From contig NZ_JAUCCV010000007.1 of NCBI RefSeq assembly GCF_034675905.1, positions 86,677 through 150,676 on the forward strand: a stretch of 64,000 bases of DNA, in the 5' to 3' direction. The position numbers and the translations under genes are program-made. Source of the stretch: Castellaniella sp. (GTDB taxonomy: Bacteria; Pseudomonadota; Gammaproteobacteria; Burkholderiales; Burkholderiaceae_B). Under the pieces are notes generated by a model, which saw only the letters and a program-made list of their open reading frames with translations, made no database searches and had not been told where the DNA came from. Shown piece after piece: positions 1 to 11,544 of this stretch (its first letter is position 1; each line of letters starts with the position of its first letter).

Positions 1-682
1 TGCCGGCAAAGACCGTATTGACATCCAACGTGCCTTCGGCCTGCAGGATCAGATAGCCGACGCCGGCGGCGGACCCCAAATACTCACCCACCACGGCGCC
101 GACAAACGCCAGGCCCACGGAGGTGTGCAGACTGGAAAACACCCAGCTGGTCGCCGAGGGAATGTACACGTGGCGCAGCAATTGACGCTGGGAGGCGCCC
201 AGCATGCGGGCATTGTCCAATAGCGTGGGCGAGACTTCGCGCACGCCCCGATAAACGTTGAAAAAGACGATAAAGAACACCAACGTGACCGCCAGAGCGA
301 CCTTGGACCAGATCCCCAGGCCGAACCACATGCCGAAGATCGGCGCCAGAATGACGCGCGGCATGGAATTGGCGGCGGTGACGTAAGGTTCCAGCAAGGC
401 GCTGGCCGTGCGCGACAACCCCAGCCACAGACCAAAGCCCAGGCCGCCGATCGTGCCGATGAAAAATGCCAGCACGGTCTCGGACAAGGTGATCCACAGA
501 TGGCGGTAGATGCTGGCGTCGGTGACGAACCAGACCCAGATGGCCTGGGCGACCTCGATGGGCCGGCCAAAGAAAAAAGCGACGTTGCGATTCTGCGAAG
601 CCCAATGCCAGATAAGCAGGATGAGCACCAGCAAGGTGATCTGCAGCAATCGCAGGACAGGTCTGGGCAGTTCGGAATTCAT
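1..682 (-). CDS. ABC transporter permease, NitT/TauT family (runs off left edge)
   Basis: Frame not in the ORF track, read manually from ATG at 682: MNSELPRPVLRLLQITLLVLILLIWHW...LEPYVTAANSMPRVILAPIFGMWFGLGIWSKV...EYLGSAAGVGYLILQAEG. Hydrophobic, SsuC/TauC-like, downstream of the ATPase. Confidence 0.9.
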   Translation of the reverse strand, partial: MNSELPRPVLRLLQITLLVLILLIWHWASQNRNVAFFFGRPIEVAQAIWVWFVTDASIYRHLWITLSETVLAFFIGTIGGLGFGLWLGLSRTASALLEPYVTAANSMPRVILAPIFGMWFGLGIWSKVALAVTLVFFIVFFNVYRGVREVSPTLLDNARMLGASQRQLLRHVYIPSATSWVFSSLHTSVGLAFVGAVVGEYLGSAAGVGYLILQAEGTLDVNTVFAG

Positions 683-748
683 GATGAGAGCAAGCTCCTG
701 TTCAAGCCCTGGGCGGATGCGCCTGCAGGGCCGAGGAAATCGATGGGG

Positions 749-1586
749 TCAGGCCTTTTTCTGCCGTTCGTAGCCCTTCAGGACTTCATCGCGCAGCACC
801 GCCCAGATACCCTGATGCAGCTCGATGAAGCGAGGGTCCATGCGGACTTCAGCGACATCACGGGGGCGAGGAATGTCGATGATGAATTCCCCGATCGGGT
901 GCGTATCAGGCCCTGCGGACAGCACCACGACCCGATCACTCATGGCGATGGCTTCATCCAGATCATGGGTGATGAACAGCACCGCTTTGCGACGCGCCAT
1001 CCACAGATCCAGGACCTCGTTTTCCATCAACTGGCGCGTCTGGATATCCAGCGCCGAAAAGGGCTCATCCATCAAGATGATGTCCGGGTCACGGATCAGG
1101 GTCTGGGCCAGCATGGTGCGTTTGCGCATGCCCCCGGACATCTGGTGAGGATAGCGGTTCTCGAAACCGCCCAGCCCCACGCGGCGCATCCAGTCACGGC
1201 CCTGCGCAGTGGCGTCTGCGCCGGACACGCCGGCGAATTCCAGCCCCGCCGTGACGTTGGCCAGCGCACTGCGCCAAGGCATCAGTGCATCGCCCTGGAA
1301 CATGTAGCCGGCACGGTGATTGATGCCCTGCAGCGGTTCGCCAAAGACGCTGACTGAACCGGACGTCGGATGCAACAGGCCGGCCGCCATGTTCAAGAGA
1401 GTGGATTTGCCGCAACCCGTGGGTCCGACGACCGAGACGAACTCGCCAGGCGCCACTGCCAAGGTGGCATCCCGCATGGCCGTATAGGCCGAACCGTCAG
1501 GAGACGTGAAAGTACAGGTCACCCGGTCGAGCAGCAAAGCGGGCGGCTGCCCGGCCGGCACGGTCTTGTTCTGCGAATCAGCCATG
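749..1586 (-). CDS. ABC transporter ATP-binding protein, NitT/TauT family
   Basis: Walker A GPTGCGKS, signature MSGGMRKR, Walker B ILMDEPF, HDLDEA. Likely start MADSQNK at 1586. Confidence 0.93.
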
Positions 1587-2624
1587 CGGATATTTCTGGT
1601 CGGCCTTGATGGCGAACTGGTTGGTCCAGATGCGGGAGATATCGATCTTGGTGCGATCGAAATTCGGCACGAATTCAGCCAAGGCATTCAAAGCCGTCTG
1701 CGGGCCGTCTTCGGGCACCAGACCATCGGGTGACAAGGCTTCCCGGTTGCCTTTCAGGGCCAGCTTGTAGAGTTCAGGATCCCCCAGCAGGTAGGATTCC
1801 GGCACCAGCTTGGCAATGTCATCAGGCGTGGCTGCCTGAATCCATTTGTCGGCCCGCACCATGGCATTGGCCAAAGCCTGAGTGGTGTTGGGATTGGCAT
1901 CGATGAAGGCCTGCGAGGTGTACAGGCAGCCGGACGGCATGTTGCCGCCGAAAATCTGCCGGGCGTCTTTCAGCGTGCGCGTATCGGCTACGACCTGGAG
2001 CGCGTCTTCTTTCACCAGGGTGCTGATGACGGGATCCAGGTTGGCGATGGCATCGATCTGCCCGGTGCGCAGCGCCGTCACCGCCCCTGCGCCGGCGCCC
2101 ACACCGATATAGGCGACGTCGGTCGGCTTGAGCCCATGCTGCGCCAGAAAGAAGCTGGCCATCATATTGGTCGAGGACCCCGGCGCCGTCACGCCGATTT
2201 TCTTGCCTTTCAGATCGGCGGGCGATTTGTAATCGGGCATGGTCTTTTTGGAGACCCCCAGCACGATCATCGGCGCTCTGCCCTGCAGAACGAAGCAACG
2301 GTAGAACTGACCCTTGGACTGCAGATTGATGGTGTGCTCAAAGGCGCCGGACACGACGTCCGCGCTGCCGCCGACCACCGCCTGCAGCGCCTTGGACCCG
2401 CCGGCGAAATCGGCGATCGTGGCGTCCAGGCCTTCTTCCTTGAAGTAGCCCTTCAGGTGCGCGACTGACAGCGGCAGGTAATAGATCAGGGGCTGGCCGC
2501 CCACCGCGATGGTCAATGATGATTTTTCCAAGGCGGCCGCCTGCGCACGCGCCAGGCCGGGTATGGCACCCAGCAAACCTGCCGCACCAGCGGTTTTCAG
2601 CAATTCACGACGAGAAATCGACAT
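1578..2624 (-). CDS. ABC transporter substrate-binding protein, NMT1/SsuA-like, with Tat-type signal
   Basis: N-terminal SRRELLK...ARA signal; KGKKIGVTAPGSST motif; first gene of the transporter operon. Confidence 0.88.
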   Translation of the reverse strand: MSISRRELLKTAGAAGLLGAIPGLARAQAAALEKSSLTIAVGGQPLIYYLPLSVAHLKGYFKEEGLDATIADFAGGSKALQAVVGGSADVVSGAFEHTINLQSKGQFYRCFVLQGRAPMIVLGVSKKTMPDYKSPADLKGKKIGVTAPGSSTNMMASFFLAQHGLKPTDVAYIGVGAGAGAVTALRTGQIDAIANLDPVISTLVKEDALQVVADTRTLKDARQIFGGNMPSGCLYTSQAFIDANPNTTQALANAMVRADKWIQAATPDDIAKLVPESYLLGDPELYKLALKGNREALSPDGLVPEDGPQTALNALAEFVPNFDRTKIDISRIWTNQFAIKADQKYPHG

Positions 2625-2739
2625 GGTCCTGTCTCCGTTATTTGTATTGACGCTGAGTCAGCATGATAACGCGGATAAGACCGGATACAGAGACGGCGGC
2701 ACACCGCAATGCAATCTGCAGCCTGAGGCAGGCCGCCGC

Positions 2740-3342
2740 TTAGCGGCGCTCCATCAAGGCCCAGGCAATCGTGCCGGCATCGACGTATTCCAATTCGCCG
2801 CCGCTGGGCACGCCTCGGGCCAGCCGTGTCACCGTCAAGCCTCGGTCGCGCAGCATATCCGACAGGTAATACGCCGTGGTTTCCCCTTCGGCGGTGAAAT
2901 TGGTCGCCAGGATGACTTCGCGCACCTGTCCGTCGGTGGCGCGCGCCAGCAGGCGGGCGAACTGCACCTGGTCCGGGCCGACGCCTTCCAGCGGCGCCAG
3001 CCGCCCCATCAGGACGTAATACAGGCCCTGGTAGCCATGGCTGGCCTCGATCATGTTCTGATCGGCAGGCGTTTCGACCACGCACAGCAGCGAGGCGTCA
3101 CGATCTGCATTCTGGCAGGTGACGCACAAGGGGGTCTGCGTAAAGGAATTGCAACGTTCGCAATGACACAGGCCGTTCACTGCATCACATAAGGCCCCGC
3201 CCAGCTTCAGTGCCCCGTCGGGGTCATTCTGCAGCAGGTGGTAGGCCATGCGCCGCGCCGTACGCACACCCACGCCCGGCAAGCCGCGCAGCGCATCGAT
3301 CAATGCCTGCAGGGGTTCGGGCTCGGGCAGACCCGCTGCCAT
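2740..3342 (-). CDS. recR: recombination mediator RecR
   Basis: [18 protein letters not shown]4 zinc finger CERCNSF...CVTC, Toprim CVVE and [11 protein letters not shown]. Confidence 0.97.
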   Translation of the reverse strand: MAAGLPEPEPLQALIDALRGLPGVGVRTARRMAYHLLQNDPDGALKLGGALCDAVNGLCHCERCNSFTQTPLCVTCQNADRDASLLCVVETPADQNMIEASHGYQGLYYVLMGRLAPLEGVGPDQVQFARLLARATDGQVREVILATNFTAEGETTAYYLSDMLRDRGLTVTRLARGVPSGGELEYVDAGTIAWALMERR

Positions 3343-3343
3343 C

Positions 3344-3670
3344 TCAGAACGGCAGTTTCATGCCGGCCGGCAGGGACATGCCCGCCGTGACCGCCGACAT
3401 CTTTTCCTGGGCGGTGGCTTCGGCCCTGCGCTGGGCATCATTGAAGGCGGCCGCCACCAGATCTTCGATCATGTCGCGATCATCGTCGAACAGCGAGGGA
3501 TCAATGACCACGCGCTTGACGTCGTACTTGCAGCTCATGGTGACTTTCACCAGGCCGCCGCCCGCCGCGCCTTCCACGATCAATTCGGCCAGAGCGTCCT
3601 GGGCCTTTTTCATGTTTTCCTGCATTTGCTGGGCCTGACGCATCAAACCGGCAATCTGACCTTTCATCAT
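3344..3670 (-). CDS. ybaB: YbaB/EbfC nucleoid-associated protein
   Basis: [24 protein letters not shown]...[10 protein letters not shown]...[11 protein letters not shown]; sits between dnaX and recR. Confidence 0.95.
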   Translation of the reverse strand: MMKGQIAGLMRQAQQMQENMKKAQDALAELIVEGAAGGGLVKVTMSCKYDVKRVVIDPSLFDDDRDMIEDLVAAAFNDAQRRAEATAQEKMSAVTAGMSLPAGMKLPF

Positions 3671-3713
3671 GGCGATGTCCTGATTGGGTAAAGAGGGGAA
3701 AAGAAAACAGGGA

Positions 3714-5639
3714 CTATACCGCAGGCGGACGAACCGACCCGGGGACGACCCGGGCGGCAAACTGCCCGACCAGCGTCTGCACCAGATCATCGCTGTCCGC
3801 CGCCTGTTCGGCAGCCTGCTGACGTTGGGCGCGGGTGGCCTGATCCACTGCAGCGGCCGTATCGTCACCCGTATCGCCGTACTCGATATCCAGACGCAGC
3901 ACCCGGCCGAAGTATTCCGACAACACCGTACGCAAGCGATCATGGGCGCCGCCTTCGATCAGAGTATGGATCGCCACCCGCAGGCGCACCCGATGCTCGT
4001 CGCCGCTCAGCCATTCACTATTCAGGGCCAAGGCCCGAGCCGCGCCTGTGACAGGCAGATCCGCCGCCAATGCGGGCCAATCCGACGCCGCCAGACGGTC
4101 GGGATCGGGGATGGAGACGGCGTCAGGCGCGACAGCAGCGCCTGGCAGATCCGCCAGCCGCACGGGCAGGTCTTCGTCCTCTAGCACCAGAGCATCATCT
4201 GCCGGCGCCCCGTCGAAATCATCGGGTACATCCGCCGTCCAGTCCTGGCTGGCAGACGCTGCGTCGTCCGCATCCAAAGGGATGTCCGTATCGGCGGCAT
4301 GCGTGTCGGGCGCTGCCGGTGGCGGGACCGGTGCACCAGCCTGTACCGCCACTGGCGCAGACGGTTCCACTGGCGCGGCATCCGGCGGCGGCGCTGGAGA
4401 GTCCGGTGTGATGGCCTCCCAGGCCGGCGGTTCATCGGCCGGGGGCGCAACGACGACGGCCTGCGCGCGGGGAGCCGCCTGGGCATCGGTGCGGACCGGT
4501 TCAATCACCGGTTCAGGTGCTGAGACAGGCGGATCCAGGCGCACCGGAGGGACGCGATCCGGCGGCAGCAGCGCCAGCATGCGCAAGCAGGCCATGACAA
4601 ACCCGGCGTACTCGTCCGGCGCCAGCGCCAGTTCCTGGCGGCTATGGACGGCGACGGCATAGAACAATTGCAGATCGTCCGGCCCCAAGCTGGCCGCCAA
4701 GGCCTGGACATCATCGGCCAGGGGGTCGTCCGCCTGGGCATGCCCCAGGCGCTGGGCGATGGCCACCCGCGACAGCAGCACGGCCAGATCCGCCAGCGCG
4801 GCCTGGAACGACAGGCCGCGAGAGGCCAATTCATCCGCCACGGCCAGCACGCCCGCTGCATCGACCGCCGCCAAAGCCCGCAGCAACGCCACCAGGTGAT
4901 GCTGATCCAGCGTCCCCAGCATCTCGCCGACAGCCGCAGCCGTCAGATTGCCCGCCGCATAGGAAATGGCCTGATCCGTCAGGGACAGGGCATCGCGCAT
5001 GGAACCCGCCGCCGCCTGGGCGATCAGGCGCAGGCCCTGGGCTTCAGCCGGGATGGATTCCTGGACCAGGATATGCTGCAGATGTTCGACGATGGCCGGC
5101 ACGGTCATCTGCTTGAGATTGAACTGCAGGCAGCGCGACAGCACCGTGACCGGGATCTTTTGCGGATCGGTGGTCGCCAGGATGAACTTGACGTGTTCCG
5201 GGGGTTCTTCCAGGGTCTTCAGCATGGCGTTGAAGGCATGCCCCGTCAGCATGTGGACTTCGTCGATCATGTAGACCTTGTAGCGGCCGGACGACGGGGC
5301 ATACACCGCCTGTTCCAGCAGCTGGGTCATTTCGTCCACGCCCCGGTTCGAGGCCGCATCGAGTTCAATGTAATCGACGTAACGCCCGGCATCGATTTCC
5401 GTGCAGGCCTGGCAATGGCCGCAAGGGGTGGCCGTAATGCCATCGGCGCAATTCAGGGATTTCGCCAGGATGCGCGACAAGGTGGTCTTGCCCACCCCCC
5501 GGGTACCGGTGAACAGCCAGGCATGATGCAGGCGGCCGGATGACAGGGCATTGCTGAGCGCCCGGACCACGTGGTCCTGACCGATCAAGGTGTCGAAGGA
5601 ACGGGGGCGCCATTTGCGCGCCAGAACGAGATAGCTCAT
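3714..5639 (-). CDS. dnaX: DNA polymerase III subunit gamma/tau
   Basis: [45 protein letters not shown]; Pro/Ala-rich linker. Confidence 0.97.
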   Translation of the reverse strand: MSYLVLARKWRPRSFDTLIGQDHVVRALSNALSSGRLHHAWLFTGTRGVGKTTLSRILAKSLNCADGITATPCGHCQACTEIDAGRYVDYIELDAASNRGVDEMTQLLEQAVYAPSSGRYKVYMIDEVHMLTGHAFNAMLKTLEEPPEHVKFILATTDPQKIPVTVLSRCLQFNLKQMTVPAIVEHLQHILVQESIPAEAQGLRLIAQAAAGSMRDALSLTDQAISYAAGNLTAAAVGEMLGTLDQHHLVALLRALAAVDAAGVLAVADELASRGLSFQAALADLAVLLSRVAIAQRLGHAQADDPLADDVQALAASLGPDDLQLFYAVAVHSRQELALAPDEYAGFVMACLRMLALLPPDRVPPVRLDPPVSAPEPVIEPVRTDAQAAPRAQAVVVAPPADEPPAWEAITPDSPAPPPDAAPVEPSAPVAVQAGAPVPPPAAPDTHAADTDIPLDADDAASASQDWTADVPDDFDGAPADDALVLEDEDLPVRLADLPGAAVAPDAVSIPDPDRLAASDWPALAADLPVTGAARALALNSEWLSGDEHRVRLRVAIHTLIEGGAHDRLRTVLSEYFGRVLRLDIEYGDTGDDTAAAVDQATRAQRQQAAEQAADSDDLVQTLVGQFAARVVPGSVRPPAV

Positions 5640-5673
5640 GAGTCGGCCGCCGCCCGGAAGAGACAAAAGGAAA

Positions 5674-5768
5674 GGCGAGCCTGACTTCGGCACTGGTTCT
5701 GCACGGCTGTGGCTGCTTCGTTCCCGACCTGACCAGGTTCACCGCCGAACCATGCGAAGGGGCCCGCC
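5674..5768 (-). ncRNA. ffs: signal recognition particle 4.5S RNA
   Basis: Minus strand GGCGGGCCCC...CCTGGTCAGGTCGGGAACGAAGCAGCC...GGCTCGCC: conserved SRP domain IV, paired ends, directly upstream of dnaX as is typical. Confidence 0.93.
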
Positions 5769-5787
5769 TTGTGAATTCTAACAGACC

Positions 5788-6975
5788 TCAGGCGCTTCGC
5801 GCCTGCAAGGCTGCCACGGCAGGCAGCGTCTTGCCTTCCAGGAATTCCAGGAAGGCTCCGCCACCGGTGGAAATGTAGCCGATGCGGTCCGCAATGCCAT
5901 ATTTGGCGATGGCCGCCAGCGTATCGCCGCCGCCTGCAATAGAAAAGCCATCCGATTCGGCGATCGCCTGGGACACGACCTGCGTGCCGTGGGCAAAGGC
6001 ATCGAATTCGAACACGCCGACCGGGCCATTCCAGACGATCGTGCCGGCCTGACGCAGTTGCTGCGCCAGCTGCGCCGCCGTCTGCGGGCCGATATCCAGG
6101 ATCAGATCGTCGGGCGCCACGTCGGCAGCGGCCTTGACGGTGGCGGGCGCATCCGCAGCGAACGTCTTTGCCACCACCACGTCCACCGGAATCGGCACCT
6201 GCACGCCCCGCGCCTGCATGGATTTCATGACGGCAGCGGCCTGATCCGCCTGATCGGGTTCAGCCAGGGACTTGCCGATGGGCAGGCCGGCGGCCAACAT
6301 GAAGGTATTGGCGATACCGCCGCCCACGATCAGTTGATCGACTTTGTCGGCCAAGGCCTGCAGGATGGACAGTTTGGTAGAGACTTTCGATCCGCCCACA
6401 ATCGCCACCATCGGGCGGCGCGGCGCTTCCAGGGCACGGCCCAGGGCGTCCAGCTCGGCGGCCAGCAAGGGGCCGGCGCACGCCACCGGGGCGAAACGCG
6501 CCATGCCTTCGGTCGTAGCCTCGGCGCGGTGCGCCGTGCCAAAGGCGTCGTTGACGTATACGTCGCACAAGGCCGCCATGCGGCGGGCCAGATCCGGGTC
6601 GTTTTTCTTTTCGCCGGGATTGCAGCGACAGTTTTCCAGCAGCACGACTTCGCCCGCCGCCAGATCGACGCCGTCCACCCAGTCGCGCACCAGCCGCACC
6701 GGGCGGCCCAGCAATTCAGCCAGACGGTCCGCCACCGGCTGCAAGGTATCGTCTGGGCCGACGACGCCTTCTTTGGGACGCCCCAGGTGAGACGTCACCA
6801 TGACGGACGCCCCGGCATCCAGCGCCAGGCGGATGGCCGGCGCCGAAGCCCGCACGCGGGTGTCTTCGGTGATTTTCCCCTGATCCAGGGGCACATTCAG
6901 ATCGGAACGGATGAACACGCGCTTGCCCGCCAGGGCGCCAGCCTGCGCCAGGCCGGAAAGAGTCTGTATCGACAT
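5788..6975 (-). CDS. pgk: phosphoglycerate kinase
   Basis: [46 protein letters not shown]. Confidence 0.98.
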   Translation of the reverse strand: MSIQTLSGLAQAGALAGKRVFIRSDLNVPLDQGKITEDTRVRASAPAIRLALDAGASVMVTSHLGRPKEGVVGPDDTLQPVADRLAELLGRPVRLVRDWVDGVDLAAGEVVLLENCRCNPGEKKNDPDLARRMAALCDVYVNDAFGTAHRAEATTEGMARFAPVACAGPLLAAELDALGRALEAPRRPMVAIVGGSKVSTKLSILQALADKVDQLIVGGGIANTFMLAAGLPIGKSLAEPDQADQAAAVMKSMQARGVQVPIPVDVVVAKTFAADAPATVKAAADVAPDDLILDIGPQTAAQLAQQLRQAGTIVWNGPVGVFEFDAFAHGTQVVSQAIAESDGFSIAGGGDTLAAIAKYGIADRIGYISTGGGAFLEFLEGKTLPAVAALQARSA

Positions 6976-7051
6976 GGAGATGCCTTGTGCAATGCGGGAC
7001 CCCTTTGCGCGGCCTTCAAGCCCGGTGCAGCAGAAACCCCTGAAACGAATG

Positions 7052-7073
7052 AAAAGGGCGGGTCGCCCCGCCC
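7052..7073 (-). terminator. hairpin plus U-tract between gap and pgk
   Basis: GGGCGGG-tcgc-CCCGCCC (7056-7073); A4 at 7052-7055 gives a short U-tract on the minus strand. Confidence 0.5.
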
Positions 7074-7136
7074 TGCCGTTCCATCCGGGTCAGCCTGAAC
7101 ACGCTGTCGGACGGAACACACCTGGAACCACCGGGT

Positions 7137-8147
7137 TTACTTGGCCGCCATCAGCGCCACGGTGGTATCGAGCATGCGGTTCGAGAACCCCCACTCGTTG
7201 TCATACCAGGACGAGACCTTAACCAGCGAGCCGGAGACCTTGGTCAATGCCGCATCCACAGTGCTGGACAGCGGGCTGTGATTGAAGTCGACCGACACCA
7301 GCGGTTCGGTGGTGTAGGCCAGAATGCCCTTCAGGGGGCCTTCGGCAGCGGCCTTGAGGATGCCGTTGACTTCGTCCACCGTGGTGGCACGGGCGGACAC
7401 GAAGGACAGATCGACGATGGACACATTGATCGTCGGGACGCGGATCGAATAGCCATCGAGCTTGCCGTTCAGTTCGGGCAGCACCAGGCCGACCGCAGAC
7501 GCCGCACCGGTCTTGGTGGGAATCATGCTGTGCGTGGCCGAACGCGCGCGGCGCAGATCGGAGTGATAGACGTCGGTCAGGACCTGGTCATTGGTATAGG
7601 CATGCACCGTGGTCATCAGACCGTTGAGCACACCCAGTTGCTGATGCAGGGGGTACACCAGCGGCGCCAGGCAGTTGGTGGTGCACGAGGCGTTGGAGAT
7701 CACCGTGTCAGATGCCTTCAGCACCTGGTGATTGACGCCGTACACGATGGTCGCGTCCACGTCCTTGCCGCCGGGGGCGGAGATGATGACCTTTTTCGCG
7801 CCGCCCTTCAGGTGGGCGGATGCTTTTTCCTTGCTGGTGAAAAAGCCCGTGCATTCCAGCACCACGTCTACGCCCAGTTCACCCCAGGGCAGCTTGGCGG
7901 GGTCGCGGTCGGCCAGCACACGGATACGATCGCCATTGATCACCATGAAATCGCCATCGACCTCGACCGTGCCGGGGAAACGGCCATGCGCCGTGTCATA
8001 GCGGGTCAGGTGGGCATTGGTGTCGGGGTTGCCCAGGTCATTGACGGCGACGATCTGGATATCGTGTTTTTTCCCGTCTTCGTAGTGGGCACGCAGAATA
8101 TTGCGGCCAATACGACCGTAACCATTGATTGCAACACGGATGGTCAT
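7137..8147 (-). CDS. gap: type I glyceraldehyde-3-phosphate dehydrogenase
   Basis: INGYGRIGR, catalytic [19 protein letters not shown]. Confidence 0.98.
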   Translation of the reverse strand: MTIRVAINGYGRIGRNILRAHYEDGKKHDIQIVAVNDLGNPDTNAHLTRYDTAHGRFPGTVEVDGDFMVINGDRIRVLADRDPAKLPWGELGVDVVLECTGFFTSKEKASAHLKGGAKKVIISAPGGKDVDATIVYGVNHQVLKASDTVISNASCTTNCLAPLVYPLHQQLGVLNGLMTTVHAYTNDQVLTDVYHSDLRRARSATHSMIPTKTGAASAVGLVLPELNGKLDGYSIRVPTINVSIVDLSFVSARATTVDEVNGILKAAAEGPLKGILAYTTEPLVSVDFNHSPLSSTVDAALTKVSGSLVKVSSWYDNEWGFSNRMLDTTVALMAAK

Positions 8148-8159
8148 GAAGGATCTCCT

Positions 8160-10205
8160 TTACAAAAGCTGCTCGACCGTGGCCGCCACATGATCGGCCG
8201 TGAGGTTGAAATGTTTGAACAACACACCGGCCGGAGCCGATTCCCCAAAAGTGTCGATGCCGACAACAGACCCGGTCGTACCGACGTATTTGTACCAAGT
8301 GGCCGTCCCGCCCGCCTCGACGGCGACGCGCGGCAGGCCGGCGGGCAACACAGCGCCGCGCCAATCCGCATCCTGCGCATCGAACACCTGCGTGCAGGGC
8401 ATGGACACCACCCGGGTGGCGATGCCGCGGGCGGCCAGGCTGTCCTGGGCCTGCAAGGCCAGTTCGACCTCGGACCCGGTGGCGATGATGACGGCGCAAG
8501 CGCCCACCATGTCACGCAACACATAACCGCCGCGCGCAATCGCATCCGTGGTGGCCGCATCGCGAGCGACAAAGGGCAGATTCTGGCGCGACAACAGCAG
8601 CGCCGACGGCCCGCCGTCATGCACGGCCATGCCGATGCTGGCCGGACGCGCCAGCGCAGCCTGCCAGGCCACGGCGGTTTCCGTCGTATCGCAAGGCCGC
8701 CAGACATGCAGATTGGGGATCAGGCGCAGACTGCCGGCATGTTCGACGGACTGGTGCGTAGGACCGTCTTCGCCCAGACCGATGGAGTCGTGCGTGAACA
8801 CGTGCACCACGCGCTGTTTCATCAGTGCAGCCATGCGCAAGGCATTGCGCGAATAGTCGGAGAACGTCAGGAAGGTGCCGCCAAACGGCAGGTAGCCGCC
8901 GTGCAGCGCCATGCCGTTCATGACGGCCGCCATGCCGAATTCGCGCACACCATAATTGATGTGACGCCCGCCCTGCAGGCCGTTGGCGCTGGGGCGCACC
9001 GGTGTGACGCCCTTCCAGTCGGTGAAGTTCGACCCGGTCAGGTCGGCCGAGCCGCCCAACAGTTCAGGCAGGATGTCGGCAAAAGCGGCAATGGCCTGCT
9101 GCGATGCCTTGCGCGAAGCGATGGATTCAGCCTTGTCCTGTGTGGATTGCACATAGGCGCGCGCGCGTTCGGTGAAATCGACCGGCAATTCACCGGCCAT
9201 GCGGCGGCACAATTGCGCGGCCAGTTCCGGGTAGGTCTCGGCATAGTGATCGAAGCGCACCTGCCAATCGGATTGCTGCTGGGCGCCGCGTTCACGGCCA
9301 TTCCAGTAAGCGTAGACTTCGCGCGGAATATCAAAAGGCGGGTGATTCCAGCCCATGGCTTTGCGGGCGGCGGCGATTTCATCGGCGCCCAACGGCGCGC
9401 CGTGGACTTTTTCGCTGCCGGCCTTGGTGGGCGCGCCGCGCCCGATCACCGTGCGGCAGCAGATCAGGGTAGGACCGCGCCCGGCGGCGGCATGGGCGCG
9501 CGCCTGGACGATGGCCGCATCCAGAGCATTCATGTCATGGCCATCGACGCCGCGCAGCACGTTCCAGCCGTAGGCCTCGAAACGGGCCGGGGTGTCGTCG
9601 GCGAACCAGTTCTGTACCTGGCCGTCGATGGAAATGCCGTTGTCGTCGTAGAACACGATCAGGCGCGACAGGCCCAGCGTGCCCGCCAGCGAGCAGGCTT
9701 CGTGCGAGATGCCTTCCATCAGGCACCCGTCGCCCGCAAACACATAGGTGTCGTGGTCGATGATGTCGTGGCCGGGGCGATTGAATTCCTGCGCCAGCAG
9801 CGCCTGGGCCAAGGCCATGCCGACCCCGTTGGCCAAGCCCTGGCCCAGCGGCCCGGTCGTGGTTTCCACCCCCGGCGTGATGCCGACTTCGGGGTGACCC
9901 GGCGTGCGCGAATGCAGCTGGCGGAAATTGCGCAATTCGTCGATGGGCAGGTCGTAGCCGCTGAGATGCAGCAGCGCATAGAGCAGCATCGAGCCATGCC
10001 CATTGGACAGCACAAAGCGGTCGCGATCGATCCAGGCCGGATCGGACGGGTTGTGGCGCAGGTGGCGCGTCCACAGCACATGGGCGATATCGGCCATGCC
10101 CATGGGGGCCCCGGGGTGTCCGGAATTGGCTTGTTGGACGGCGTCCATGGCCAGCACGCGGATCGCGTTGGCCATGGCAGGGTCGGGGGCGGGCAAAGCG
10201 CTCAT
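8160..10205 (-). CDS. tkt: transketolase
   Basis: [31 protein letters not shown] motif, [15 protein letters not shown]. Confidence 0.98.
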   Translation of the reverse strand: MSALPAPDPAMANAIRVLAMDAVQQANSGHPGAPMGMADIAHVLWTRHLRHNPSDPAWIDRDRFVLSNGHGSMLLYALLHLSGYDLPIDELRNFRQLHSRTPGHPEVGITPGVETTTGPLGQGLANGVGMALAQALLAQEFNRPGHDIIDHDTYVFAGDGCLMEGISHEACSLAGTLGLSRLIVFYDDNGISIDGQVQNWFADDTPARFEAYGWNVLRGVDGHDMNALDAAIVQARAHAAAGRGPTLICCRTVIGRGAPTKAGSEKVHGAPLGADEIAAARKAMGWNHPPFDIPREVYAYWNGRERGAQQQSDWQVRFDHYAETYPELAAQLCRRMAGELPVDFTERARAYVQSTQDKAESIASRKASQQAIAAFADILPELLGGSADLTGSNFTDWKGVTPVRPSANGLQGGRHINYGVREFGMAAVMNGMALHGGYLPFGGTFLTFSDYSRNALRMAALMKQRVVHVFTHDSIGLGEDGPTHQSVEHAGSLRLIPNLHVWRPCDTTETAVAWQAALARPASIGMAVHDGGPSALLLSRQNLPFVARDAATTDAIARGGYVLRDMVGACAVIIATGSEVELALQAQDSLAARGIATRVVSMPCTQVFDAQDADWRGAVLPAGLPRVAVEAGGTATWYKYVGTTGSVVGIDTFGESAPAGVLFKHFNLTADHVAATVEQLL

Positions 10206-10340
10206 AGGGTCTTGGGGGCGAACCAGGCAGCCACTGCTGCACGCTTCGCCTTTTTCAGGATGACAAAGCTATGAATTTTACCACCCTGCCCACTCCGGTT
10301 TATAGTCCGTGCATTCACGCAGCAGGGATATGCCTCGCTT

Positions 10341-11063
10341 ATGCCGACCGCCCGTTTCTTCTGTCCGACACCGCTGCAGGCCGATTGCCGGATGACTTTG
10401 CCCGAATCCCTGGCGCACCACGCCCTGCGGGTGCTGCGTCTGCCCGCAGGGACTGCCGTCACACTGTTCGACGGACAAGGCGGCCAATACCCCGCCGTGC
10501 TGCAAATCCAGGGACGCACGGCGTTGGCCGACGTCGGCCGCCACGAAGCCGTCGAATCCGAGCTACGCGGCCATCTGACCCTGATACAGGGCATCGCCTC
10601 GGGCGACAAAATGGACTGGGTGGTGGAAAAGGCGGTGGAACTGGGCGTCAGCACCCTGATCCCCATCGCTGCCGAGCGCAGCGTTCTGCGCCTGAGCGGC
10701 CCGCGCCTGGAAAAGCGCCTGGCGCACTGGCGGGCGATCGTGCAGGCGGCCAGCGAACAAAGCGGGCGTAACCGCCTGATGCAGGTGCTGGACCCGGCGC
10801 CTTTACGGGATTACCTAGAAAAACTGACCGGCCTCAGCCTGTTCTGCCATCCCGACGGCGAAGCAGATTTTGCGCAGGCCCTGCACCACACGAGCGACCG
10901 CCTGAATGTGCTGGTGGGCCCGGAAGGCGGCTGGACTCCCGATGAACTGGACCTGGCCAGCCGCCACGGACTGCAAGGCGTGCGCTTCGGACCACGGATA
11001 TTGCGCACGGAAACGGCCGGGCTGGCCATGGCGGCAGCAGCAACCGCCTTGCTGGGCTGGTAA
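10341..11063 (+). CDS. rsmE: 16S rRNA m3U1498 methyltransferase
   Basis: HHALRVLRL, KMDWVVEKAVELGV, VGPEGG, LRTETAG. Confidence 0.96.
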   Translation: MPTARFFCPTPLQADCRMTLPESLAHHALRVLRLPAGTAVTLFDGQGGQYPAVLQIQGRTALADVGRHEAVESELRGHLTLIQGIASGDKMDWVVEKAVELGVSTLIPIAAERSVLRLSGPRLEKRLAHWRAIVQAASEQSGRNRLMQVLDPAPLRDYLEKLTGLSLFCHPDGEADFAQALHHTSDRLNVLVGPEGGWTPDELDLASRHGLQGVRFGPRILRTETAGLAMAAAATALLGW

Positions 11064-11082
11064 AAGCCGCCCAGCACCCAGT

Positions 11083-11544
11083 TCAGTTGTCTTCGCGCCC
11101 AGAATACGGGGTCGGATCCACACCGGGTTCGGGGGCCGGATGCGCCCCGGCATGCTGGATGGCATAGGCGAACAGGCGTTCGTTGTTCTGGCCGTATTCC
11201 ACCACGTCGTTGCACACGGCGCCGATGGCCTGGGCATCATCGGCCAAGGCCGGGTCGCCGGAGTGCAGATGACGGAACCACAGGAACAAGCCGGTCTTCT
11301 GGTCACCCAGCGTATCGCACAGGCAATCGTACAAAGCATCCAGATTGCCGCCGAAGAACTCGGGATAATCGATGGCCTTGACCACCGCCCGCAACACAGC
11401 GGAACGGCTACGCGCCCGGTCGCAGTCCACCACAAAAGCCGCCAGGCCAGCCTCGGCGGCGGCCGTCAGCGCATCCTGTTCGGACACGGCCTGGGCGTCT
11501 ACGACACCCTGGGCGAACATTTTGCTTATCTGGGCCAGACTCAT
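11083..11544 (-). CDS. barstar family protein
   Basis: IDYPEFFGGNLDALYDCLCD barstar motif; ATG overlaps the patatin stop (ATGA at 11541-11544). Confidence 0.85.
   Translation of the reverse strand: MSLAQISKMFAQGVVDAQAVSEQDALTAAAEAGLAAFVVDCDRARSRSAVLRAVVKAIDYPEFFGGNLDALYDCLCDTLGDQKTGLFLWFRHLHSGDPALADDAQAIGAVCNDVVEYGQNNERLFAYAIQHAGAHPAPEPGVDPTPYSGREDN

Noticed and set aside
3714-5639. Programmed -1 frameshift in dnaX (E. coli gamma subunit)
   Set aside because: No A-AAA-AAG slippery site seen in the linker region.
7278-10274. 998-aa ORF on the + strand
   Set aside because: Antisense shadow of tkt and gap, as expected in high-GC DNA; no recognisable motifs. The same applies to the long antisense ORFs over maeB, secD, miaB and the abm genes.
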